This document shows positions 12,173 to 25,786 of a stretch of 45,300 bases of DNA, piece after piece. Under the pieces are notes generated by a model, which saw only the letters and a list, made by a program, of their open reading frames with translations, did no database searches and was not told where the DNA came from. The stretch is from Sphaeroforma arctica JP610 (taxonomy: Eukaryota): positions 96,406-141,705 of the forward strand of contig NW_014040430.1 of assembly GCF_001186125.1 (NCBI RefSeq), given 5' to 3'. The translations under genes and the position numbers were made by a program. Numbering within the stretch: the stretch's first letter is position 1; each line of letters starts with the position of its first letter.

Positions 12173-15100
12173 TCACAACATTACTAGCCCAACTTCTTTG
12201 CTTTGGATCGTGGGACAAGCATAGTTGTACAGGTAGTACTGCAGAGTACCGTCTCCGATACCGAACTTCAGTTCCTTGAGCACCTTTCCGTTCTCCTGTT
12301 AGTAGATTAAGAATTAGAGTGTCACATACTGCATTCGTATTTGTCGAAAAGCGCGGAAAGGGTCTATTGTGAATACCTCATTATGTATGTGTCTTGTACA
12401 TCACCCCTTGAATTCCAGAGTCATTTCTGTGCTGGTGAAGCGAAAGTTCTAGACGCGATGAGTGTAGATATCGTGTTAACAAATCGAAAACAGCAACTTG
12501 GGAATTCTGCATAATGCAAGGAGTATAAAAACATTTTGCGACTACCCAGAGGTTCAGAAGCATACACGCTCACCGGAACACAACGTCGGAGAGTGTTGAT
12601 TACACAAATTGCCATAAGATAACTGAGTCTTCACACACAGATTTCGGTGCGTTCTGGGGCGATATTAACACTGACGAGCATCCACACACTACGAACGCGA
12701 ATGCGCTTTGCGCGAGAATGATTCCGAATCCCACTACCATTCGATGAAAATCAATAAAGAATGAGACAACTGTAAACTTTTGAAGAGTACTGAACGTTTG
12801 ACCCCGCGCACAGCTAGCGTCCTCACATTTGGGCCACTACAACAATCAATCTCACGAGAAACTCGGGCATCATTTTGTATTATCCCGGACTCGCTTTTAG
12901 ATAGTAAGGCCGCATAACCTGTAAGCATCCGCAAGACACTGTAATCAATATTCAAGGCTTACACAAGTGGACAACCACTTAAACACAGGTTGAAAAAGGT
13001 CCTGTCATCAACAGGTGACATGAGCCAGCCATGTGACAAACATCCAGTTCCGTTGCAAGCACAAGTACGTCACGCTAATCATATCTAAACAGCAACGTTA
13101 GACACGACACACATATACATTGGCTTATACACATGGACAGAATGCTAGCTTACCTGGAGATCCAAAGCATTGAACACGTCGAACTTCTTGCCCTGCGCGA
13201 GTGTGAGAGCATCGTTCATCAGCTGCAACAGGGGTGTCTTGTTAGGCACATGGTAGAACGAGTAAGCAGCCTTGAGCGTCGAATGACGCGGGTGGCCTAT
13301 CACCGTTGAGCTCAGAGTATAGAACGAGGTAAGATCCGTCAGTTCTTTTGTCTCGGGGTCTTCTACTACGTATGCGTCGACCTGCAGTTGGAAACACATG
13401 GAAATATTTGAGAGCCACCCAGTATCATTTGTCCACCATAAGATTATATAGAGGGACCGACGGCCTAATTAGCAGTACCAGAAAAACAGTAAGCGGAACA
13501 GCACGAGATGCCGTTGATAGATTCTCTGCGAAATTTCAATTCAGTCTCTTTCGACACATCAACTTCAGAGAATATTCACTAATTGTCAAAAGAGCAGTAA
13601 GAAGCATACCACTTCATCCTTGGGGATCAGCCAGTGTGCAATCTCATCTTCCGTGAAGATTGGGTGTAGCACGAACTTGTTAAGGTACGTGTTGAGCATT
13701 TCGGTTACCGCTGGTACATCCCTCGCCTCCATTGGGCGCAGGCCGGGGGTGACTGTTGCCTACAAGATTGTAGAGGCAAAACAATGTTTTAGTATTAATG
13801 CACATGTACCTACAACATGCACAGTTCACCTACGAGGACTGCAATTGACAGGAAACGAGAACAATATAAATTCAACTCCGGCTCCAACACGCTCATAACT
13901 TTGTGCTGTAAGGAAATGGGTACAGGAAGAGGTTGCAGTCGGCCAATCCAGACTGAATATTGATATATACAAACGTGTCACAAATTGATGGATTATACTC
14001 ATACACACACCCACACACGAATATATATATATATCTAAAAAATAACAAATATATATATATCTAAAAAATAACATATATATATATATATGCATACATACAT
14101 ATGCAAATACTTACTTCTATACAAGAAAGTAGTATCATGTGTAAATCCAAAACAGGGTTGTTCATCCGACATACCGTGGGAAGTTTGTAGTGTTTGATCA
14201 TGCGCTGCATTGTCATGCTTGCCGGCAAGTGAGAGAATCGCACATCAACCAATTTCTTCGGATTCAACGATCGATGCCAATACCTGGAGGAGGAGAAAAG
14301 TAACGATGACAATGGTTGCACGTATTGAGACACGCCCGCTTAAAAAATTTGGCTCTTAATCAAATGTTCGGAACGGATTGTAAGCGAAGGCTCCTTCGAT
14401 ATTTGTGAATCATCATCTATATATTCATCACAAAACCAGCGGATAATATAAACGATGCATCGCTTGACGGCTCACCAAACGATAGAATAGTATACACACG
14501 CGAATCTCCAGCCAACAGGAATACAGTCTACTACTATTAGATACATCACAGGAGTCACGCTCTTAGTACAACGACGTACAAGAGTATTGTATATAATTGC
14601 ATACACACGCGAATCTCCAGCCAACAGAAATACAGTCTACTACGATTAGATACATCACAGGAGTCACGCTCTTAGTACAACGACGAACAAGAGTATCGTA
14701 TATAATTGTATACACACGAGAATCTCCAGCCAACAGAAATACAATCTACTACGATTAGATACATCACAGGAGTCACGCTCTTAGTATAACGACGAACAAG
14801 AGTACGTATATAATTGTATACACACGCGAATCTTCAGCCAACAGAAATAAAGTCTACTACGATTAAATACATCACAGGAGTCACCTCTTATTACAACGGC
14901 GAACAAGATTACGTATATTGGGCGGCTCCCCCGATTTCGGAACAATAACATCCAGAACAATTACCTGCACGAGCCCACAGGAGTAGGGAGAAAGACACCG
15001 GCGGTGAACGCAGCCTGGAAGATGCCGGTCAGGTGAACTCGGCGAGTGATTTCTGATAGTACACGAGGGAAAGTAAAGTCAGACGTGCCAGCGACGCACC

Positions 15101-18100
15101 CACCAATGTTGCTTGGTTGGTGGAGTACAAAATCACATCCTCGAAACAAACGAGGCCGCAGAATATATGTGATTGCAAGCGTTAAATAGGAAAGCCTGTC
15201 ACGCTTACCTTTGATTAGCACTGGTGCCAGTCGTTTTGCTCTGAGCTTCTTATGGACACACAGGAAATTAATTTCGACCATTTTGTTCTCTCTATTGAGG
15301 GTTTCGAATTATTCCGTGAGTGAGATGAATCATAAGGTGAAGAAATGGGTGTGCATTGTGAGTGAGATGAATCATAAGGTGAAGAAATACGTGTGCATTG
15401 GCAGGTTTTCAAATGCCAGTACACACCGTATCTGCGATATTGAGGGCCAGTGAACTCATCGACACTTATTGATACAACTACTTCTGCAAATAGGTACGAA
15501 TACAATGATACCTCGTAGGCTCAGCACACCACCGAACAAAACGACATGAATACTGTCGTGCAGGACACTGTGTTCTCCGAATGAGAAGGCAATATGATGC
15601 TGAACGTAAAATAAACTTGACTGTACGTTGCAGACTCTCCCAAACAAATAGGACGCTAAAGGACGCCAGCGCATAGCAGACAACTCGATGTCTGATGTTA
15701 TTTGGATACGTGAGGTATATCACATACTTGTCATGGACTTGGATATGGGCTGGTGTAGCGCTGATGAATCCTACAACCTTTTTGCTCTCCTGTGCCCGGA
15801 CGCATAGATGCCAGCTCCTCAGCCACCCGGGAGGTTTGAGCGCCCTGTGGACATGGTTGCGTTTTGGTTGAGTTTCTCGAGGTTTCATGAAGGAAAATTG
15901 ACCCGCTATATAGGCACATAGAACAGTTGCTAGAGACTTAATAGAGGACAGTCTTAGACTTCTCAGAAATGGTGGTACTTGCTCAACATGGATATTGTAT
16001 TCGAGCTCGACCTATAGACTAAGTGTGCGAGTAAGTATGAATTCGGGCACTCAGAGATTTGTGAAGATTGTGTCGACTTACATGTTGAAGATTGGAAGGA
16101 TAAACTTAGTAAATTGATGCGGGTGCAACAATGCGTGACATATCCTTTGTGAGTACGCCAGTCAAATAGAATGCCACACAGATGTAACTTCTTAGACTGT
16201 TGAACAATATGCTCAATACGTGCAGCTAAGACTGTGTACTAGACGTCCGGCGGTATGTCACATTACAAGCCACATACCAGCGCAAGAACTTCTTCGAGTA
16301 CTCGAATCGGAACATTGCTTCGCCATCCTCGACGTAATTCTCATTCAATAGGTCATAAACGGCATCCAGCTATGAATAGGGAGTCATCAAACTTGCATGG
16401 ATGAGTACGTTATTTTTGACCACAGTTAATACACGTTTAAAATCTACCCCAAATGTTGCCCACTTAAGCTATTTGATTACAGTGCACGAGAAACACGCGC
16501 GTTACACTATTCGCCGTCCCACAATCCATGCCACCTTCAATTACAGTATGTATTCTCAATAAGGGTAGGTGTCAGTCCAAAATTGCAATGGCCGATTTGG
16601 TAGACCTCTGTCATGCCATCATCGCATTATTACTCAAATCCTTGCTCAGGATACTACCATATTCTTGAGCCTATGGCCAAGAGAGTAGATCAAGCCATTT
16701 CCACTTGTTTAGTGTCCCATCCACATGTTGACCATGTACGTTCCACAAACAAGGGGCTCGTTCCGTTTGATTTGTACCACATAACGCCACTGCCCAAGCA
16801 CTCAACGGGATAAAGTTAAACACATGATGAAGAACCAGAACGTAGCGCACACATATAATAAAACCCGACACACAGCACCATGGGCCTGTCGATATCACTG
16901 GCATAATACCTCCTCTACTGTTTTATCAGCCCGATTAACCCCCGTCTAATCGACCCCCTTTCCTTTCACTTGAAGTAGGACCACCTGACTCAGGCGGACA
17001 TGTATACGACACAGGCGTGTATTTATGTGAATAAGCGAGCAGAGGGAAGCGCCACATACCTCTTCGGGTTGGTCGATGTCAGTAGCGTACCACTCGTACC
17101 CATCTGGCAAGTTAAGCGGTTCCTGTCTGATCTCCCCGTCTTCCTTATTGGGCTCAATGGGTCCTGTCTCGCGCTTCTCGGCGCTCTCCACAACCCGTTT
17201 ACCAAGCTGAGGAACTGGTTGTGTTTTCCAGAACTTGAAGTCACGCACCTGGGCTTCCTCGGCGGTGCTGGGTGCGGTTGGGGGACGCGCCATGGTCATC
17301 GCCTCGTAGCTCTGTATTCGTACAAAAAAGAAGATGTGGATCAGATACACGATACCATCTCCCAATTAATGGGCGCTGATAAAGATCAATACACGGGTTC
17401 CTGTGATAAGCGCACAGAAATGCACTACAGCATAGCTTCCCTGGAAACGCATCCGAGGTAAGCTTTAGTGTGCAGGGTAGCCCTACATACATGTGCAGTA
17501 GCTTGCAAATAATTCATTGATTACTTACGGTTGAATTGGTATATATATATATATATATATATATAATAACGCACATCGGTTACTCTGATGCGAGATATAT
17601 ATACTGGACCCACACACGACTTAATATAAGTCGATTCCAGACTGCAAAACTAACGCGTTTGTCATAGGCAACTGTTAAAACAATGTAACGTAATCTTGAC
17701 AAAACGATATCTTCAAGAACTGATTGTTTTGTCGGCTATATACCAGGTCCTTTTGATAAAAGGCTGGTGTCCGAATTCATATGAGCACAGACTTAAACAT
17801 ACGACAATCATGTATCGAACGCACTAGAGATTACCTTTTGTATCTGCTGAATCCTGAGAATAGTGTCCATGTCTACACCTGGGGGTAGAACACCTGGTGG
17901 CAAAGTTACTCCGCCCGACGGCTCGCCATTTGCAGAGGCATCTGACTGGTCACTACGCGATGATACAGGATGTCACTATCGGCAGGTGAAGAGATGCCCA
18001 AGTGTGGTTCTCTAGTGATAATAAATTACATTTGCTGTATTGCTGATTGGAGATTCAGCTTAAGTAAACACTATTATATTGAAGGTTCTCTTTGGAAGAT

Positions 18101-18581
18101 CGCGTACACAAGCAATGAAGTATTTGTGCGCTTGGAGCATATCTTCCACAAATTGCAATAGCCGCCCCAGACGACCGCCTTGTCATATGTGTATTACGGT
18201 CTTAGAATCGGGAAAGGGACGGCCAATGAAAATGACCTCCGGATAATGAATATAGTACACGAAACAAAACAGAGGTACAGATAACAAGCTAACTTGAATA
18301 TGTACTTCTACGGTGTAGTAGTTATTGTAACGTATTCGTAAAACAGAACCAACGATGAATAAATCAATTCAAACACGCGCAACTAACTAACTAGGTACAC
18401 ATACACACTTATCTAATTTATATATATATACACACTCACAAATATATATATATATATATACGCACTCACACACAATATGCGTGCATATATACACATGTAT
18501 AAATTATAGATAAACATAAATATATATATACATACAAAGATACATAAATACAAGTACACCCATACGCATATATATATATGA

Positions 18582-18616
<35 letters not shown>

Positions 18617-19184
18617 AATATCCATATATACACACACACACACGCACACAAATATCTATATGCAGTGCATATATATATATATACATATACATATATATAA
18701 ACATATTATATATGTATATATATATATACAAACACACACACACACTTATATATATATAAATATAGATACATAGATACATATATACATATAACACTTATAT
18801 ATATATATATGCATATATCTGCAAATGTATATATATAAATATAGATACACACACATATATATGTATATAATAATAATAATAATATAATAACAATATATAA
18901 TAATAATAATAATATAACAATATAATAATATATAATAATAATAATAATAATAATAAGAATAGTAATAATAATGATTATATACATATACATAGACATATAT
19001 ATATATATATATATATATTTACACACACACACATATATATACATACATATATATGTATATACATATATATATATATATTGGTATATATATATATATATAT
19101 ATCGTATAACTGTATAATGTATGCTATACGAAGTTATTACGCTTCTACTAAGGCAGGTCTACANNNNNNNNNNNNNNNNNNNNT

Positions 19185-19216
<32 letters not shown>

Positions 19217-19407
19217 TGTTATATTAACTCGTACACGTTAGGAGGCATATGGACTATGTGCATCTGTACTCAAACACACAGGAATTCATGCACAGAAGCA
19301 CATACGTCTTTTCTTCTTTTTTTCTTTTTCTTCTTATTAGCCTGCACAACAGTATCCACCTCTTGCTCTTCAGGCATCTCGGTCACCTTCGACGTGATGT
19401 CCTTCAT
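12173..19407 (-). CDS. NMT: Glycylpeptide N-tetradecanoyltransferase (N-myristoyltransferase), 11 exons, 484 aa
   Basis: Exons 19407-19306, 17945-17835, 17311-17060, 16369-16278, 15844-15728, 15291-15209, 15052-14965, 14283-14175, 13759-13610, 13381-13154, 12295-12173 total 1455 nt with consistent phases. Motifs: poly-Lys N-terminus, [50 protein letters not shown]-terminal VGLVML*. The first two exons are less certain than the rest. Confidence 0.96.
14492..14918. repeat. Intronic minisatellite, about 4 x 109 bp, in NMT
   Basis: atacacacgcgaatctccagccaacag.. unit starts at 14492, 14601, 14710 and 14818. Confidence 0.92.
18400..19215. repeat. Compound (TA)n/(CA)n/(TAA)n microsatellite block with a gap, in NMT intron 1
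   Basis: Directly visible; N run at 19164-19183. The ORFs called here are low-complexity artefacts. Confidence 0.95.
19102..19141 (+). other. Untrimmed 454 Titanium paired-end (loxP-containing) linker, an assembly artefact
   Basis: tcgtataactgtataatgtatgctatacgaagttattacg equals the 42-nt linker TCGTATAACTTCGTATAATGTATGCTATACGAAGTTATTACG with 2 nt missing; it lies at a contig end next to Ns. Confidence 0.93.
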
Positions 19408-19795
19408 TGTCCAGCACACCTTAACTATGGTAAGTACCTGTTGAACGCTGTGTACTGCGTATAATACCGGAGTTATGTAGTGCTTGTATATTGTAGAAAA
19501 TCGGTGCACATATTTATATATTTATACTGATATTTTCACGTGGTGTCATCAGAATTTAGACAGAAACATAGAACACAATAATGTCAAAGTGTCATTAGTT
19601 CTCACTCCTTTGTCTGCGGCTCTGCGACTCTGCGACTTAGGGCTGCGTGCAATCAGCAATGCCAACCTCATTATAGGCTCATGCACATATATAAATATCA
19701 GCCTTCTACAGAAAATTGAAATTAAAAATTTATAATGTGAGCTGAATTATATGAGCATTGGCATATATTAAGTATCATCCGAAGGGGCATATAGT

Positions 19796-22494
19796 ATGAA
19801 TAAATCAATCGACACCCTTCCCAAACTACAGCAAACGGGAATGCTACCCATTCGGATCAAATGTCCGCAAAAAATCCTGCCGAACGAAGTATTGCTGCGC
19901 ATACTCACATCCTTAGAGATCCAGACACTTAAAGCATGTAGATTGACTTGCAAGTCCACTATGGTCTTGTACAAATACCATTAAAGTTCAAGAGAGGACG
20001 CGAACATTATTATGGAGTTGATGACTTAATCTCCCGATTAGAATGTTTTCTCCGCTTGGAGCATTTCACGTTCCCGGAAGTGAATAAATGTGTGCATTCA
20101 TATAGCGCTTTAACGACTACATAATCCTTTTGTGCATGGCTATGTGTTATTGGAACCGTTGGTGTTTTCATGCCATCTTTCGGTAGTTTTTAGTCAAATC
20201 GAGATTATAAGTGCAGGTAGTTCTATATGAACTCTGTGATCAGCACAGTTGACTGTCTACAGTCTGTTTTTTGTATCGTCTGTATTATAGGTGCTATGTT
20301 TGCTAATCTGGACAGCGTTCGGGAGCCACGTCTGGACCAGGCTTCATTTATCTGAACACAATGTATTGAAGTTGCATGTAGTTGGCTGAGAACGGCGTAA
20401 GATGAACGTCTTCTCACAGGTTTACTACAGTCCTTGGTATTTAATTACACGTGCCGTGTCGCATCCGCGCAGTATATCATCGCACTAGTCGTCTGGAGTT
20501 TCTGTCATGTCAAAGTTTGTAAAACTACTAGTCTAAATCCCTACAATGTCTACTTAGAAGTACAAATATCATCTGGCCGATTGCAAGCCTGTACACCGGC
20601 TTTTGGGACCGGCAATATTTAATAGTTATTTTGTGATTCAAAGTCACATTGATGACAGTGTGCGCGTGAAGATGTTGATGCTCGTTTCTCATTGGGTCCA
20701 TGTCGCTGTGGGTGTACAACATTTGTACTTATCATTCACGAAACCCAATGTCTGCCCAATCTCAACATTATAGATACATGTGAGGCTAATTTTGATGACC
20801 ATGATGCTCGGAAGAAGTTGTTTCACAAGTAGTGGGTCCCGCGTAGAGGTTGATTTGGTCTGTGTTATGCAGTACGCCTCTATATAAGCAATAATGTATG
20901 CAAAGAATCTCAAATCGGTCGGCCATACTCCCCGTGCTACTATATTGACTATTGTGCTTGTTTTATGCTTAGCATACTCATTGGGCTAAGGATATAGCCA
21001 TGATTAGACTACTTTATATTAAGAACACATCCTGGCAGACTCGTGAATGTTGTCGCCCTCGCCATTGCAGATTGCCACTCCAGAAAGTAGTTGTCAGTCA
21101 ATTCAGCGGAATGGATTTCGACACCATGGCTAGTCTGACACAACTGATTGTACACCACGAGTATTTCGTGCCTATACCAGCAATACGCAGCCGAACCCTT
21201 AAACGGCTTGAAGTGTTAGAAGCAGTTTCCATCGCAGCTGTTCTAGATGGCTGTCCAAATTTATCTGAGCTGGTAGTTTGGGACACATCCGTTGTCCAGC
21301 CGTTAAGTGAGTCACTTTCAAAATCGGTCCTTTTTCATTCTATGCGCAAATCTACTTAGTTGCTTGTGATCGCAGTTGATGTTGTAGGATCTCTGGGTTT
21401 CCGAGCTATGACACAGCTTTTAAAATTCCACTCTATCCTTCATCAGCCTGCCAATATCCGCAGCTCTTCGTCATATCTGAGTGCATGGCTCTTCGTCATA
21501 TCTGAGTGCATGGCTCTTCGTCATATCTGAGTGCATGAGCTTTCGCATAGCTTTGCTGAAACAGACTCGAGTATTAATCGCACCCAAGCTTGACTTGCCG
21601 ATATTTTCTACTTTTATTTGCAGAGAGCCTTTCACTTAAATCGTTGCGCGTACGCTCTGTGAAAACCATTGATGCGTTCAAGGAATGTCCGCATATTCTC
21701 TCTTTAACGGTGGATACGCTACGTCCATCCGAGGGACTCACCTGCGCTACAATCAAGAATCTGAAGGTCAGGGACGAGAGCGGCCGATTTCCGTTGGATC
21801 TAGTGGAGTGGCCGAATTTGAAGACGCTCTCTGTGCTGAAATCCTTTCCGTGTAGTCTGGTCTCGGAAAGCCTGGAAGTATTGAAAATCAAAACGGGCAG
21901 TGTGCCTTCTCTTTGGGTTCTGCCCAAACTCAGGAACGCACGGCTCCCAAACTTTCATACTGCATTGGCGCGCGACGTCAAAGTACTTGATATTGGCACA
22001 TACGTGGGAAGCGATATGCTACACACTGAATCTACGAAAAAATCTACGGCCCATATCCGATCTAATGCACTCGAGTTTAGCCGATATGATCATTACCAGC
22101 ACGAACAGAACTTGTCTTTCGACTGTTGTACTCGTCTTGAAACACTTATTTGGCGATCTGAACGAGTGAATGTCCTCTTAAGTCCAAAAGTTTGAAATAT
22201 CTCCACTGCAAAGGATTTGTCACGCCCGCTTTGTTCCTACATGCAGTCAGGCACTGTCCGCTACTGGAGGCAATATACCTTGTTGCCGACTATGACGCAC
22301 CCGTTGTATGTTTGTGGCCTGCACATGGCGAAGAAGACAATGTTGAGGTGATGTGGGAAAAATTGGGAGCTTTACGCGTTCGTTTGTCATGTACAGTGTA
22401 TGTGCGGTGGAGAGAGTCGAGGGCTATGCCAGATAATTTCAGACAGCTGCTACTAGAAGGCAGAGTGGGGTACTATATGAGCTCCAAGGACTGA
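19796..22494 (+). pseudogene. F-box plus leucine-rich-repeat-like gene, apparently disrupted; exon structure unresolved
   Basis: F-box motif LPNEVLLRILTSLEIQTLKACRLTCK, followed by LRR-like segments GCPNLSEL, ECPHILSL, WPNLKTL, LPKLRNA, CTRLETL, HCPLLEAI. Apparent single-base frameshifts near 19955 and 22189. Confidence 0.65.
21463..21537. repeat. Tandem repeat, 3 x 25 bp, inside the F-box/LRR locus
   Basis: gctcttcgtcatatctgagtgcatg occurs three times. Confidence 0.95.
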
Positions 22495-23355
22495 AAACTC
22501 GCACTGATGAGTGCAATAAACATTCCCCGTGGTATCCTTATTTTTTTATTGTTCCGAGGCGTGGCAAAAATAAATATATGGTCTGTAGGTTGGCTTTAAA
22601 ATAAGAGATGCATTCAGCTGTGATCTGACTGAAGTAACACTTCCCTAATGTGCCATTACCTACATCCTTCTTTGAGATTGTCCGTATTAGGTGTTCACTA
22701 AACGATACCTGACAACCGAAGCAGATTTGATTGCACTATTGATTTGTTTTGAAGTATTATGTATTACGAGCGAACGTGTGAACAATTAACATTGAAATTT
22801 AGCAAAGTTCACACAATGGCGGCGTTACGATTCTTCTTGTAACTTCCAAGTTCAATTCTACTTGAATGATGTAAATAGTTGCCTGAAGTTAAGCCGTCAG
22901 AAACATTTCCAGCGCTTTATCTTGGTCATGAACGATACCTTTATTTAGATTACCGGTAGCGACTATGATGAGCTTTCCTGTACTAACATTTACCTTACTC
23001 ACTTGAGTACATGAGGCATAAACGTGGGATATTCACGGAATTAGAACTAGTTGATTACGGTAAATTTTTTGGGTAACCTGAGTGCAAGTAGATATCACAC
23101 GGTTTGAACATTGTAGTGTTTATACTTTCAGAATCAGTAGAGGGCTATATTCTCAGAATATTGACGGATACAAATTTATAATCATATGACACATTTATCG
23201 ATGACTATTTACACCTCGTGAGTCTTCGGGTTCAGGGTGGACTGGTGTCATATTATTGATATTTAAATCAGAACTTCAGTTGATACTGCAAGATCCAACA
23301 CGATCCAATCGTAGAAGACAACCCATCTTCACAAGCAGCTCCTATACCACACGCT

Positions 23356-25417
23356 GTGACACAATCGTCACCTGGCGTAAGTTGTGTATCACACACTGTG
23401 ATCGCACCAACAGCAACACTAAGCACTACAGCCACGGGGAATATTTTTTTCTCAATCGATAGTTTGCTAGGTTTAAGACCTATTGCTGCACACGCACAGA
23501 CATCACCTACCGGCACAAGAACAGTACAAAGCGTAGCGCCTGACGGATCAACATTAGACGCAACACTAAATACAAGACGAGAGTTTGCCAGTACTACATA
23601 TACACCCCCTCAATCAACACCTATAATTCCACGCAATGAATCAGCACAGACTCAAACGTCAGCACGTGTACGTGCACGTGCCGGAAACACAAATAGAATA
23701 GTCTACAACAGTGCAATGGAGATTGATAGCAGCATTCGGCGTGTGCAGGATGGGATCGAAGTCCGTGAGGTGGACGTGGACACTCGTCCGCTAGATAATA
23801 ATTACAAAGAGGGTGATGTTTTGTTAGAGCAAGACTTGCATGATGTTAGTGTGTGCGAGAGGCAAAAAATGGTGCAGGCAGCTACTCTGCTACGCTACCA
23901 CATATTAAAGAGGATGCTACATATGTAGATCTTTTCTTGCACATGATGCCCGCGGAATATATACGAAACACTCTCGTACCAGCGACAAATACCAAGCTTG
24001 TACAAATGAAGAAACGTGAGATTGATCCAGCCGAATATTATGTTTGGCTTGCATTAAGGATGATGATGGCCAAGTACTACAGTAAGCACGCAAGCGACTT
24101 CTGGGACTGCAACCGTGACCCTTTAGATCATAAAGCCCTAAAATGAATAAGACTAGATATGAAGATATACGTAAGCATCTACAACTGCGCAACTCACCAG
24201 TAACTCAACAGGAATGCGATGATAAGAAGTTTTATATGAGAGAGATCGTCAGTGCATGGAATGCTAATATGGATCATCATTTTGAGTGTTCTGAGAAGGT
24301 CTGCATAGATGAGACCATGATGGCCTGAGATAACCCTTCGGGGTTTGACCAGATACATTGCCCACGAAAACCTAAGCAATATGGCAATGAGTGGAAGACC
24401 ATTGCCTGTTGTCAGACCAATATAACTTTCCAAGTTGATCTCTGTGAGGCCAAGGTGCGCCCCTCATACCTGCCTACTCTGCCCTACTTAAATGAGTTAT
24501 CTACCGTACAAATAGTGATGAGACTACCGATAGCACCAAGTGGAGTGGACGTAAGGTTATAATGTATAGTGGGTTTAGTGTTTTAAGGGTACTGTTTGTC
24601 TTATTGTCCTTTGCAATTTACGGCATGTTCTTTGCTAAGAAACGTGGGTCATGACCGAAAGGCATACCCGGAGACAAGCTGAAGGAGCTTATGGCCGACA
24701 AACCCCTATTCAGCTATGGTACCTTGAAGGGTTCGTTCAATTATAACAAAGATGCCGTAGCTGGGAAGAGTGACTTTTACTTGCTTGCATTTAAAGAGGC
24801 GAAATACAAAGGCATATGTGCAGCCGCATACGAGACTATTCATAGAGAGGGTGAGCGTATGGACCGATATACCGAGGACAAAATATTCCAGATCCAATAT
24901 CCGGTAATATACTCGGATTACTATAACAAAGGAAGGGCTGTTGTAAATATAAATAATAATCTACGCAGCAATACAGTGTCTATGGAAGAAGGCCACTTCA
25001 CCAGATCGTCGGAGCTACGCATCCATGATTTTTTTTATGGATCTATCCATCACTAATTCTGTGTGCGCTAGCAAAACACTATACAACAACCCGCAGACTG
25101 TACCAGACAATCAGCTTTTATTAGCAAAAGGGCTGTTAGATATCTACGGACAGAAAAGAACGGCTACTAGGAGTGGTGATTTCTTGATGGCCGACTGCAA
25201 ACTAACAGCTAGACCCAAGAACAGTGGGGAGTATTGTAAGAAGAAACGCGAGGTTGGAAAGGTAAAATCATCGTCGCAGGCTATGCGATGTAGTGGAGGA
25301 CTTTGCCTAAAACGTAAGTTTCTTAAAAGAGAACGCAGGACTACCTACTGTGCGTGTGAACCCGGAGAAACCCTCTGCGTTGAGTGTTACGTACTACATA
25401 GAATCTCAAAAATGTAA
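23356..25417 (+). mobile_element. Degenerate piggyBac-like DDD transposase
   Basis: Fragments MNKTRYEDIRKHLQL, KVCIDETM, PRKPKQYGNEWKTIAC, WSGRKVIMYSGFS, DYYNKGRAVVNINN and a C-terminal Cys-rich domain (CSGGLC..TTYCAC..LCVECY). Several stops and frameshifts; TTAA/TIR ends not confidently located. Confidence 0.85.
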
Positions 25418-25560
25418 AAAAAATCAATCAAAATTCGACTTCAAAGTGCGAAACGGAAATGGTTCTCTACGCGCACTATTACGCTGTATTTCAAATCCGT
25501 CTTCTCTAGCACGTTCGGAATGTATATGAGAACACATAGAACTATCTAACACTCGTGTAC

Positions 25561-25604
<44 letters not shown>

Positions 25605-25742
25605 TACTAACGTTACGTTACGTTACGTTCCTACACACTAACAAGTAATTATTACTTAANNNNNNNNNNNNNNNNNNNNTACGTACGTAGTAGTTATAGT
25701 AAGAACGAACAACTAAGTAACTAATACTACTACTACTACGTA

Positions 25743-25786
<44 letters not shown>

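Noticed and set aside
18413..19044. Cys/Tyr/Ile-rich ORFs
   Set aside because: Translations of microsatellite sequence.
19102..19141. Natural loxP site or Cre-like recombination system
   Set aside because: Flanks match the 454 Titanium linker, it is at a contig end, and the adjacent tag maps to 9966-9985; it is an artefact.
23356..25417. RIP-like hypermutation of the transposase
   Set aside because: The few inferred G-to-A changes are not clearly in CpA context and there is no reference copy to compare.
25600..25745. acgtt/tacg/tag short repeats around the gap as a telomere-like or functional repeat
   Set aside because: Irregular, flanks Ns after long (TA)n, and resembles low-quality 454 read ends following the TACG flow order.
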